Source: an uncultured Verrucomicrobiae bacterium (GTDB taxonomy: Bacteria; Verrucomicrobiota; Verrucomicrobiia; Chthoniobacterales; JAATET01). From it: a stretch of 64,000 bases of DNA. The position numbers and the translations under genes are program-made. Under the pieces are notes generated by a model. That model was not told where the DNA came from. It did no database searches and saw only the letters and a program-made list of their open reading frames with translations. The stretch spans positions 80,632 to 144,631 of the forward strand of contig CAVXHK010000004.1 in NCBI GenBank assembly GCA_963761705.1. The letters are read 5' to 3'. Below, piece after piece: positions 39,201 through 47,800 of the stretch. The first letter of the stretch is position 1. The number at the start of each line of letters is the position of its first letter.

Positions 39201-39687
39201 GCGCGTGAATCTGAATACCCGGCAGGCGCCCGTGATCGCCGCGCTGGTGGCGGGTGCCGGACTGGTCGGCGGTGCGCAGATCGATGAATCCACCGCACTC
39301 GACATGGCGGCGGTGCTCACGGAATTCACCGCCAGCACGGACGCGGGGAAGGGGCCGCTGCGCGACCGATCCGAGTTGGTGGGGCGCTTCGTGAGTGGGA
39401 CAAATTTCGTCGGGGTTGTCAGTGATGACGACGATTTGATGGCCGATCTGCTTGATGGCTCCGACCAACCCATCGAGCGGAATCGCGACGTCGTCATGGC
39501 CGCGCTGGCGGACGCCGGCACGGTGCGGGCGTGGAATTTCCTCGTCGACATCATCGCACAATCCGGGCGCGTGTCGGACTCCGGCGACTTCATCCCGACC
39601 GGCGAGAGCCGACTCTGGCACTCCTTCGCCATCGATCGGTTCACGAATCAGACGCTCGATCAAACCACCGAAATCTCCCTCGAATGA
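36241..39687 (+). CDS. Verru_Chthon cassette protein A-like (large, PilX-like N-terminus)
   Basis: DGVALVITLAMIVLLTALLISF, PRWIYV, GRVAFNVYD, QIAANIID, RPFRSVAELG, GRVNLNT and GESR. Confidence 0.85.
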   Translation: MTTTCSLRPPSLRRASDGVALVITLAMIVLLTALLISFFSAVTATRKTQVARSGGTSATLLAQGALAAISGDLRAEIRENSTPVTVGSPALTFHRPKTTADMRPVRALPSAVGLADEDFLNLVKQSGEPFSSAAAIFDFAATNNSSTAAPNKRVVSPARWTAPMLTGAPFAASQTPRWIYVNSDGYSATAGATTIGRVAFNVYDVGGLLDANVAGFGAINGGQTEPTEVRTKGDAVWADLRVLPGIAATAFSSAGVAARTAWPPGWRLTGDWGDFDVNSAARLHYERSGWRRPFVTAGGAASDRMFASRQDLVRYARAFPGTFVANADGTLPALQYLTTFSRDLDRPSHEPDPDRPKVGADSPSGGNDANGLDNDLNPSLLTEVKGDGTLAIKRRFPLSRLELVATPIPPANPVASGTDIREFFGLEWNPAANRWIYDHGDAADILPLVDVPADRDPDFFELLKAAITVGSLGKQLGVTFPGAHVGLADLPARLGGVDGSVNYQIVQIAANIIDQADADSYPTRINFDGRDFYGQEDLPGLYRVRERNFLIGTIPGFGPRPNDASPPYAQSLLQVLMLQPTVWNPHSPSTGIGGDAPTEFRIVADTVTPVRYEAQYFWPAVVPPGSRPPVAWTSDFSARPNGPNCDRPISYSGGEGGLSGLASASITFQADSSAFRQPVALASPGHPSGSNAVGFPNSPDMGVSDAAAPGVPDTTVSVQTIVNRQTPVPANVAHDAPAPSPRAEALGFVAGYLPAGPQYGMPPSLAYYLNLRRPQGGPVSFSLQYRQGSSDTWWTFDRLSQSLAANEQSAAQIQAWMTDRIDPRTDRWGSWYSLVAANVPQYENYVYNFELTANPVPGAFPAFLARDPAGAAATGWSGLATGAQFGSLQRNGPSDSLRYADPDGVRRGGTAKFAVDGSSPGWPMHEGNTMSRPTILDRPFRSVAELGNAFRGTPWRNLDFMTPASGDRALLDVFRVGEGPDDALVAGRVNLNTRQAPVIAALVAGAGLVGGAQIDESTALDMAAVLTEFTASTDAGKGPLRDRSELVGRFVSGTNFVGVVSDDDDLMADLLDGSDQPIERNRDVVMAALADAGTVRAWNFLVDIIAQSGRVSDSGDFIPTGESRLWHSFAIDRFTNQTLDQTTEISLE

Positions 39688-40511
39688 ACCAGCTGCTTCC
39701 ATCTCGAATCCTTGCTCTGTCCCCACTGCTTTCCTTGGTGCTTCTTTTCACCCCGGAGGCTCGGAGCCAGTCGGACGCCGCAGCCGCCACCCTCGAAGAG
39801 CTTCGTGCTCCCGACAAAATGAAGTGGGAAGTCGTGGTCGAGCGTGAGGAGAAACGGGACAAACCAAAACGCTCCGCCGACGGCGCGCCGACCCCGCCGC
39901 GACCACCCGAGCTGACCGCGTGGTCCGGCGAGAAGGACGGCGACATCTACCGTGGCCAACGCGCCTACGACGACGGGACGACCGAGGAATTCTGGATGCT
40001 CCCGCGCATGCAGTTTTACCGTGCGCCTGGTGAGACGGAAGTCATCCGGCTGCTGCCCGGCGACACCAAGGCGGCGGATTTTTCCGAGAGCGATTTCCCC
40101 GAGCTTTATTGGGCGCTGGGACAAGCGCTCCGCGCCGAAGAGATCGACGAAGTGAAATTTCTCGTCGTCGAGATCGAAGGAAGCGCGATGCCGCTGACCA
40201 AGCGGGAACTCGCCGATCAGGAGCAGACGATGGCTCTGCTGCTCAGTGTCGGTGAGAAGCCCGACGACCTGATCCAGCCGGCCCGCCCGACGGGAAGGTA
40301 TCGTCTACTGCTCGATCCACGGACGCGTCTGCCGGTGCGGTTCGAGTCGCCCGATGCCGTTCATACCTACCGGTTTTCGCCCTCGCCTGGTCTGCGCGGC
40401 GTGATCCCGGAGGCATTCCGCGGTGCCATCCAATCGTGGGTGCAGGAATTCAACACCGCCGCCCGCGCACCGTCCGCGCCGAGGGTGCGACGCTCTCGCT
40501 CCACCCCTTGA
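39684..40511 (+). CDS. Secreted hypothetical protein translationally coupled to cassette protein A
   Basis: ATGA overlap at 39684-39687; signal peptide MNQLLPSRILALSPLLSLVLLFTPEARS. Confidence 0.75.
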   Translation: MNQLLPSRILALSPLLSLVLLFTPEARSQSDAAAATLEELRAPDKMKWEVVVEREEKRDKPKRSADGAPTPPRPPELTAWSGEKDGDIYRGQRAYDDGTTEEFWMLPRMQFYRAPGETEVIRLLPGDTKAADFSESDFPELYWALGQALRAEEIDEVKFLVVEIEGSAMPLTKRELADQEQTMALLLSVGEKPDDLIQPARPTGRYRLLLDPRTRLPVRFESPDAVHTYRFSPSPGLRGVIPEAFRGAIQSWVQEFNTAARAPSAPRVRRSRSTP

Positions 40512-40524
40512 CCCATTTCCAATC

Positions 40525-42024
40525 ATGACCATGAAAACTCAAAGTCTCTTTGCCATCGGCTTCATCGCCATCCTGCCATTCGTCGCGCCATCCCGCGCTT
40601 CCGCCGCCGAGCCCAGCGGGAAAAAGCCGAACATCATTGTCATCTTCACCGACGATCAAGGTTGGGCCGACCTCGGTGTGCAGGGACAGGTCGACGACAT
40701 CAAGACGCCGAATCTCGACCGGATGGCCGCCGAAGGTGTCAACGCCACCGCGGGCTACATCAGCGCGCCGCAGTGCAGTCCGTCGCGGGCGGGACTGATC
40801 ACGGGGCGATATCAGCAGGAGTTCGACTTCGAGCACATCCCCGACGGACCGCTTCCGCTCGACCAGGTGACGCTGGCGGACCGCTTGAAGGAGGCGGGAT
40901 ACGTGAGCGGAATGGTCGGGAAATGGCACCTCGAACCGAACGGCGTGAGCTACCGGTGGGCGAAGAAAAACCTGCCGGGTGTCGAGGCGAAGCCGGGCGA
41001 GCATCTGGCCATCCCGATGAAAGAGCGGTTGCGCTACGGGCCGGGTCAAAGGGGCTTCGACGAATACTTCTGGGGCGAGTTGGTGAATTACTACGCGAAC
41101 TACGACTTGAAGGGCGAGTCGCTGCGACCGGAGGGGCAGGGGGTAAAGGACACCCGCTTCCGGGTGGACGTGCAGACTGACGCGGCCCTGGCATTCATCG
41201 ACCGAAATCACGAAAAACCCTTCTTCCTCTACCTGTGCTACTTCGCGCCCCACGTGCCGCTCGAAGCGACGGCGAAATATTTGAGCCGTTTCCCCGGGGA
41301 GATGGCCGAGCGGCGGCGTTACGGTCTGGCGATGATGTCGGCGATGGACGACGGTGTGGGCCGCATCCTCGATCAACTCGATCAATACGGGATCGAGGAG
41401 GACACGCTGGTCGTCTACCTCAGCGACAACGGTGCCCCGTTGAATCAGTCGATGCCGGACACGAAGCCGATCGACACGAATGGCTGGGATGGCTCGCTCA
41501 ACACACCGTGGGTCGGTGAAAAAGGCATGCTGGCCGAGGGCGGCATCCGCGTCCCGTTCCTGCTGCGGTGGAAAGGCACGCTGCCGGCGGGGACGACCTA
41601 CGACGAGCCAATCATCTCGCTCGACCTGGCGGCCACGGCGCTGGCAATGGCCGGTCTCGAGCAGCCCGCGGAGATGGACGGCATCGACCTGTTGCCCTAC
41701 CTCACGGAGGCCGACGCGGCGGCGCCGGAGCGGGCGTTGTTCTGGCGGTTTTGGAGTCAGTCGGCCGTGCGCGAAGGGAAGTGGAAATTGCTCAAGGCCG
41801 ACGGCGAGGCGACGTTCCTCTTCGATCTGGAAAGCGACGCGCAGGAGACGAAAAACCTCCTCGCCGAGGAGCCCGAGATCGCGAAGGACCTGGAGGACAA
41901 GCTGGCCGCGTGGGCGGGCGGGCTGACGCCCCCCGGTCTCCCGAAGACTCCGCTCAACGTGCAGGAGGTGGGGTGGTATGAATACTTCTTCGGCGTGGGC
42001 GGCGAGCAGGGGTTTGGCAAATGA
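40525..42024 (+). CDS. Secreted Cys-type sulfatase (paralog of the 12908 catalytic domain)
   Basis: KPNIIVIFTDDQG and QCSPSRAGLITG; YFAPHVPLEAT and GEKGMLAEGGIRVPFL are identical to the 12908 protein. Confidence 0.93.
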   Translation: MTMKTQSLFAIGFIAILPFVAPSRASAAEPSGKKPNIIVIFTDDQGWADLGVQGQVDDIKTPNLDRMAAEGVNATAGYISAPQCSPSRAGLITGRYQQEFDFEHIPDGPLPLDQVTLADRLKEAGYVSGMVGKWHLEPNGVSYRWAKKNLPGVEAKPGEHLAIPMKERLRYGPGQRGFDEYFWGELVNYYANYDLKGESLRPEGQGVKDTRFRVDVQTDAALAFIDRNHEKPFFLYLCYFAPHVPLEATAKYLSRFPGEMAERRRYGLAMMSAMDDGVGRILDQLDQYGIEEDTLVVYLSDNGAPLNQSMPDTKPIDTNGWDGSLNTPWVGEKGMLAEGGIRVPFLLRWKGTLPAGTTYDEPIISLDLAATALAMAGLEQPAEMDGIDLLPYLTEADAAAPERALFWRFWSQSAVREGKWKLLKADGEATFLFDLESDAQETKNLLAEEPEIAKDLEDKLAAWAGGLTPPGLPKTPLNVQEVGWYEYFFGVGGEQGFGK

Positions 42025-44096
42025 AGAGTTTGGCGATTTTCGCGGTCGGGCTGTTGCTTGCTGGATCGGGCCGGGCGGAAATCGGTCTTGATCCGACGAA
42101 CTCGAACGATGTCGAGATCACCGAGGAGGCGAGTGGGATCTATTCCATTGTCACGACCGGCCACGATCCGTGGGTCGTGACGACACCCCTCCCCGCGGGC
42201 ACCGACGTCGTCGCGGAGCCGGTGCTGAGTTTTGAATACTTCTGCGCGGCGGGAGTGACTGATCTCACGGTGTATTTCGGTCCGCCTTGGCGCGAAGCGG
42301 CCAGCCTCTCGGGTGGCGCGATGGCCCGCGCGGAGACGTGGCAGCCCTTCGCCGTGGATCTGAGCAAGAACGAGTTGGCGGCAGAGGGGTTTCGGCAACT
42401 GCGACTCGACACCGGCGGCCAGCCCGGCGTGAAGCTGCAGGTGCGCGGCCTGCACCTGCGGGCACCGACAGCGGAGGAGCGGCAGGGAGCCGAGGCGCGG
42501 CTCGCGGCGTTGGAGGCCAAACGCGACGCGGCAAGGCGGATGCGGGGGTATCTCGACGCGAAGCTCCCCGGTGAGATCGAAGGTGTGCAGGTCGACGCCG
42601 ACACGGTGGAAATCACGGGTAAGGCGCCGCCGGACTCGTGGCTGGCAGAGATCGAACTGCACGAACAACCGTGGGCACTGGAAGAGTTCTCTCGCGTGAA
42701 GGAGTTGGCCGGAGGGGAATTTCGAATCGAACTGCCGCGGAAAGCCGGAGCGACGGATCGGATCTTTTCCCGCTGGGCCGTCGTGCGCCGGGTCGGCGAT
42801 GGGTTCCGTCTCGCCTCGCACGCCAAGGCCGCGACCGACGTCACGGGTGCGCTGCGTCGCGAACCGCCGACCCCGATGACGCCAGCCTCGAAGAAAGGCA
42901 TGGCCGGCGTCGATCTCGACGACGATCTGCCCGAACTGCTGGAGCTCGGCGTCCACAACATCAGCGTGAACTTCGTCCTCTCCGCGCTCCTGCTGAGGCC
43001 GGACGCCCGGGGCGGCATCGATTACGAATACGAAGGCGAACGGTTTCGGATCAACGAGCGGGCGTTGGCACGGCAGGATCGTATCGTCGAGTGGGCCACG
43101 AGTCACGGCGTTGTTGTCACCGGGGTCGTCCTCGTGCGGCTGCCAGTCGATCCGGAGCTGGCTGAGTTGCTCGCTTACCCCGGCGGCGGGGCACCCGGAC
43201 TCTACGTGATGCCGAACCTCGCCACGCCCGACGGCTCGCGCGCCTACCGGGCGTTGCTGGAATTTGTGGTGGAGCGGTATTCGCGAGCCGACCGGGAGTT
43301 CGGCTCGGTTGAACGCTGGGTGATGCATAACGAGATCGATCAGGCCTGGGTCTGGACGAACATGGGTGAGCAGCCGATGGAACTCGTGATGGACGTCTAC
43401 GTCCGGTCGATGCGGGCGATGCATAACACGCTGCGGCAATATGATCCGACCGCTCGGACGTTCATCTCGCTCACGCATTTTTGGACCGATCCCGCCGAGC
43501 CGGACTTCCGCCAATACCGACCGAGGGAGATGCTTGACCTGCTGGCTCAGATTGGCGAGGCCGAGGGCGATTTCGAATGGGGCGTTGCCTATCACCCGTA
43601 TCCCGAGAGTCTGTTCGAACCCGCGACGTGGAACGACACGGCGGCGACGTTCGACTTCGATACCAAAATGATCACCCCGAAAAATATCGAAGTGCTGCCC
43701 GCTTACCTCGCCCAGCCGCGGTTTCTCTTCAGAGGACAAACCCCGCGCACGATTTTGTTGACCGAGCAGGGCTACCACACGAAAGACGACTCGCCGGAGA
43801 CTCAGGACATCCAAGCGGCTGCCTTCGTTTACACGTGGCACAAGATCAGGCCCCTTCCGACAATCGAATCGTTTTTGAACCACCGTTGGAAAGACCACCC
43901 CGGCGAGGGCGGACTGCGACTCGGGATCCGCGGGTTTCCAGCGCCACCGGAGAAACCGATGGGCGACAAGAAGCGTTCGTGGGAAGTCTATCGCGCGCTC
44001 GACACGCCCGACGAGATGGATGAAACCGACTTCGCAAAGGACATCATCGGAACCAACAGATTCGAGGAAATTCCGCACGACGGCAAAATCGAGTGA
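42021..44096 (+). CDS. Secreted DUF5722-like protein, probable clan GH-A hydrolase with an N-terminal beta module
   Basis: Signal peptide, SKKG, WVMHNEID, VAYHPYP and ILLTEQG. Confidence 0.75.
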   Translation: MKSLAIFAVGLLLAGSGRAEIGLDPTNSNDVEITEEASGIYSIVTTGHDPWVVTTPLPAGTDVVAEPVLSFEYFCAAGVTDLTVYFGPPWREAASLSGGAMARAETWQPFAVDLSKNELAAEGFRQLRLDTGGQPGVKLQVRGLHLRAPTAEERQGAEARLAALEAKRDAARRMRGYLDAKLPGEIEGVQVDADTVEITGKAPPDSWLAEIELHEQPWALEEFSRVKELAGGEFRIELPRKAGATDRIFSRWAVVRRVGDGFRLASHAKAATDVTGALRREPPTPMTPASKKGMAGVDLDDDLPELLELGVHNISVNFVLSALLLRPDARGGIDYEYEGERFRINERALARQDRIVEWATSHGVVVTGVVLVRLPVDPELAELLAYPGGGAPGLYVMPNLATPDGSRAYRALLEFVVERYSRADREFGSVERWVMHNEIDQAWVWTNMGEQPMELVMDVYVRSMRAMHNTLRQYDPTARTFISLTHFWTDPAEPDFRQYRPREMLDLLAQIGEAEGDFEWGVAYHPYPESLFEPATWNDTAATFDFDTKMITPKNIEVLPAYLAQPRFLFRGQTPRTILLTEQGYHTKDDSPETQDIQAAAFVYTWHKIRPLPTIESFLNHRWKDHPGEGGLRLGIRGFPAPPEKPMGDKKRSWEVYRALDTPDEMDETDFAKDIIGTNRFEEIPHDGKIE

Positions 44097-44165
44097 GCTG
44101 ATTACGTAGAGGAATGACGAACCTCTTATTTACGTTTTGAGGATGAATTGGATGCCAAAAATCTA

Positions 44166-44354
44166 GGTTCTTCGGCGTTTTGAGTGGGTAGCGGTGCCAA
44201 TGTTGCTCTGCCCCCTTATGGGGCGACAGGCGATCCCCAACGCAACGCCCTCAATTTCAGCAGTTAAGGGGTTGCGCCGGAGATCTCCTGTCGCCGGGAA
44301 GGGGTCAGCGCTTCGCGGACAGGTTGGATTACCTACTCCAAACAGCGAAGAACC
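44166..44354. mobile_element. MITE-like non-autonomous element (189 bp, 25-bp TIRs, 8-bp target duplication)
   Basis: Left TIR GGTTCTTCGGCGTTTTGAGTGGGTA vs reverse complement of right TIR GGTTCTTCGCTGTTTGGAGTAGGTA (21/25). AAAATCTA flanks both ends directly (44158-44165, 44355-44362). Confidence 0.8.
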
Positions 44355-44620
44355 AAAATCTATCGAGTTCGTCGCTTGAATCTCGTCCCCGTCCGGTTCG
44401 GCGAGATCAATTGGGAAGGCGGTATTCAATGACGGTTCGACATTGGACGATAGTTGCGTCGGGGATTCAGTCGTCGCGGGATACGACCCGGGAGTGCTCT
44501 GATCAGTCAAGTCCGATAGTTGGCAGGAGTATTTTATAGTCAGAGAGTTACATCAACTTTAAGATTCGAATAAAATCAGAATGTTGAAAAATCAAGAAAT
44601 TCTGGATACCTTCAATCACC

Positions 44621-44845
44621 GTGTTGGTCGGCCAATTCATCGACGAATTTCAGAAGCTCCCCGCTTACCCCTGGCTCGAAGAAGAGCAGACGAAAGTGGC
44701 GGACAGGGCGTTCCGTCGTGTCTATGCCGTGCAGGTTCGTCCGCAATACAAAGATGATCCTTTCTTGGCTGTTGTGCATTGGCTTCTGCGCCCCCGGACG
44801 CGCTGGCAAATTATGTTCTTGGAGACACTGATCAGAGTGAAGTAG
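44621..44845 (+). CDS. Short ORF, possibly the frameshifted N-terminus of the large recombinase
   Basis: Protein-like composition; overlaps the 44779 ORF across a C5 run (44791-44795). Confidence 0.35.
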   Translation: MLVGQFIDEFQKLPAYPWLEEEQTKVADRAFRRVYAVQVRPQYKDDPFLAVVHWLLRPRTRWQIMFLETLIRVK

Positions 44846-47800
44846 CGCGGGGAATTCTTTACGTCCTCGGCTACCAAACTGAGGCACATGGCTACACGAT
44901 TCCGCAGAGATCGGCGGTTGCGCTTATTGCTCGGAGACTCATGTGGATCTCGGGGACCGGCGTGAACGTTGCTAGCCGAAACAGCATCACCTCCCTCCTT
45001 TCGGGCCATGGAGTTTGGCGTGTTCCTCGTCCCGGTGTCTCTGCGCCAATTGCTGACAATACTCGTCAAGCCAGCACGGTTTTCAGGAATTGCCACAGGG
45101 CCACCGCGATGGATTTGATCGAAAAGTCCGTTCATTTTCTGGCCGGGCACGATGTTTTCAGCGGTGCTTTTGATGAAGAACAGATGGACGTCGCCAAAGA
45201 TCGGGACCTCGAATTCTCACTCAGCTTCTACGGAGATCGCGTAGGCTTTGGCGTCGATCAAGTTCGAGGCGCTGATGATTCTCCCGGAAAAAAGTCGCCG
45301 CTGGCACGCGTTCATGCAGTCAACGCAGCGGTGACAAGCTTTCTGGCGCCGGATCCCCGCGGCTTGCTGGCAGCAAAGCATCTCCTTGAAGCTGCTCGAA
45401 ATTCGACTCGTCAATTGCAGGCAAAATTCCCGATTCGGGACGGACGGATGCGCTATCGCTCGGCGAGGCTGCTTGCAGGCGCAGTCTCGGCTTTGACCGG
45501 CGTCCCGCTTGAGCAAGTAGTCAATATTGCGTTGTTTCCCCCAGAATCGATTGAGGCCGGATTTCGAGCATTTCAAGCGTCCGGAAATGAAGAGTCGCGA
45601 AGGATCATTGGATTTTTAGCATCTTGGGCCGAGCTAGGATCGCTACGAATGCCGTGTTTTCAGAACGGATTGGACACTAAGTTCGAGCCATTCTTCTTGG
45701 TGCTCTTCATCGGACCATCCGGAAATCCTGGTTTCAAAAGCCGTATAGCAGATCAATATATTGTCGCTCCGCTACCATTTCTTTCTCAGTTGATCCATCA
45801 GGTCCGGGATTTGGTTGGTCAGGGAGCAACCGAGACATTCGCGACCACTATCAGTGGGGATTCTCTTGGGAAGATCAATGGGGATTCTCTAGGGAAGATT
45901 CGCTACGGTTTGGTCAAAAGTGTTCCAAATCCCTACGGCGAAGCGTCTCCGCACTGGCGGCACCAAATTTTCCAACGGTTCATCACCTTGCCCCACTCGG
46001 GATTTGTCTACGCGGCTGCTGTCGAGTGTGGGATCCCCCCGCCAGTCTTGTCATTGATGATCGGACGACCATACGGCCCTTGGCGCGCAAGCCTCAACTA
46101 CGCCTGTGTTTCTGCCGAGACGATTGCAGCAGCATTCGTGGCGGTGCAAAGCGTTCTATTCGGCGAGACGGGTATCTCCCGTTCGACGCGCATAACCGTT
46201 GCGAAAAATATGCCAGTCGGCGCAGGTTTGCTTCGGGATCGGCAGATTGGCCCTCCGGGTCTACCGACGCTCGAAGAGCTAGGTCCGGTCGGCCAAATGG
46301 CAGCAAAAACTTGCGATTGGCTTCCAATCAAAGCGGCGCAGACGGATCGTTTGATCCGGATCTTTGGGCGCAGATACTCATCAGAAATTCCCAATCCAGC
46401 GAACCACTTGATTGATGAGCAAAAGGTTTTTCGTTTCGAAGACAAGAATCTGGGTGGACGCGCATTTCCCCGGCTGCTCCCAGTCCCAGAAGACCTGAGG
46501 CGGTTTCTCGCTGAAGGCGATTGGTCATTCGGTCCAAGTAGGATTGGAGTTCCGAAATCTGCTAAACAAGAGGTCGAACGAATCCGGGCGTTCAGAGGAG
46601 ATCGGAACGGCGGACGTAAGGCATTCTATTCGGAGTGTCTAGCTCGCGGCCTTGGGGATGAAATGATTTCATTCCTGTTCGGCCACGGGTTCGCTTTGAC
46701 CAAAGCCTTGGGGCCGATCTCTCCGTTGCCGTGGTGTTGGTTTCTTTTCGAGGCACAAGGCGTGGTCGATCAGGTCGCTCAGCAGGCAGGTTTGAAAGCT
46801 TCGATTGATCGCTTGAAACCCCCGTCTGTTCACCAACTCAAGCGAGCGAAACTCGCTGAAGCGGGAAGTAAATCGAAAGAACGGAAGATTTTGAGTTGGG
46901 CCGAATTACCCGGCACAATCCAACACTTGCCGATTCCTAAGGCAGACGAGCTTGAGTTTCTCAAGTCGTTGTTGAATGTAATCGAAACGTCGTGGAACGA
47001 ATTCCGCAGACATCCTGAGCAACTCAAAAAAGTTCTCTATCTACTTCTAATTCTCGGAGGAGTTCCGCTGAACCATGTCCAAGCCTACGTTCGATATCTT
47101 CGCGGGAATTCAGTCGTGCGAAGTAAGATAAGCGGAAAGGCGGCTTATTTCGTGATTTTTCCAATCCCCCAACAAGACCAAGGACTGGGTCTGGTGCCTC
47201 TACGATTGTCAGACCGAATCGGCCGACTGCTGTTTCTGACTCTGCGATGCATCTACGTCGGAGAAAGAAAGAATAGGGCTATTGCTGCGGACAAGTGTCG
47301 CTTCGAGCATCGAATTGTTTTGCGGGGGTTCAATCGTCACGGAGACGATGAAATGATTCGCTTCGCAAGATCGCTGGTCCGTCGATGTTCAGATGTTCGC
47401 ACCGAGGTGTGGGTGCGTAATGTGCTGACCACAGGATCCAAGTTCTTAGCGCGATCCCGTTTTGGAGGATTAATCTTCGGATCATTGAGCGGTCGAGGAA
47501 TCAAGCCCTGCAACTTTTTCGATATCCAAGATCTGTTTTTTCAAGTTTTTGGGGCGGGAGTATTGCTCACAACGGTCACCGGAGGCATTTGGAAGAATGT
47601 TTTTCTTCCGGGACCGCGAGATATTTCGAAATATCGGAGCTATCAAAGAATGGTGAACTCCAGTGGACGCGGACGCCCATCCACCGCGCAGTTTCCGGCA
47701 ATGGGGCTGTGTTCAATTGAAGGATTGACAGAGTATTTCCGGGGCGCTCATCGCTTTCCAGATTCGGGCCAAATCTGCAAGCAAATCGAATACTTTGGCT

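Noticed and set aside
44166..44354. Integron attC site or retron msr-msd
   Set aside because: The ends read GTT...AAC rather than RYYYAAC...GTTRRRY, no IntI-like or reverse transcriptase gene was recognised, and the 8-bp duplication fits transposition better.
44476..44489. GCGGGATACGACCC resembling the tRNA T-arm (GCGGGATTCGAACCC) as the far att site
   Set aside because: Short, needs a mismatch and a gap, and the acceptor-stem part is missing; compatible with chance.
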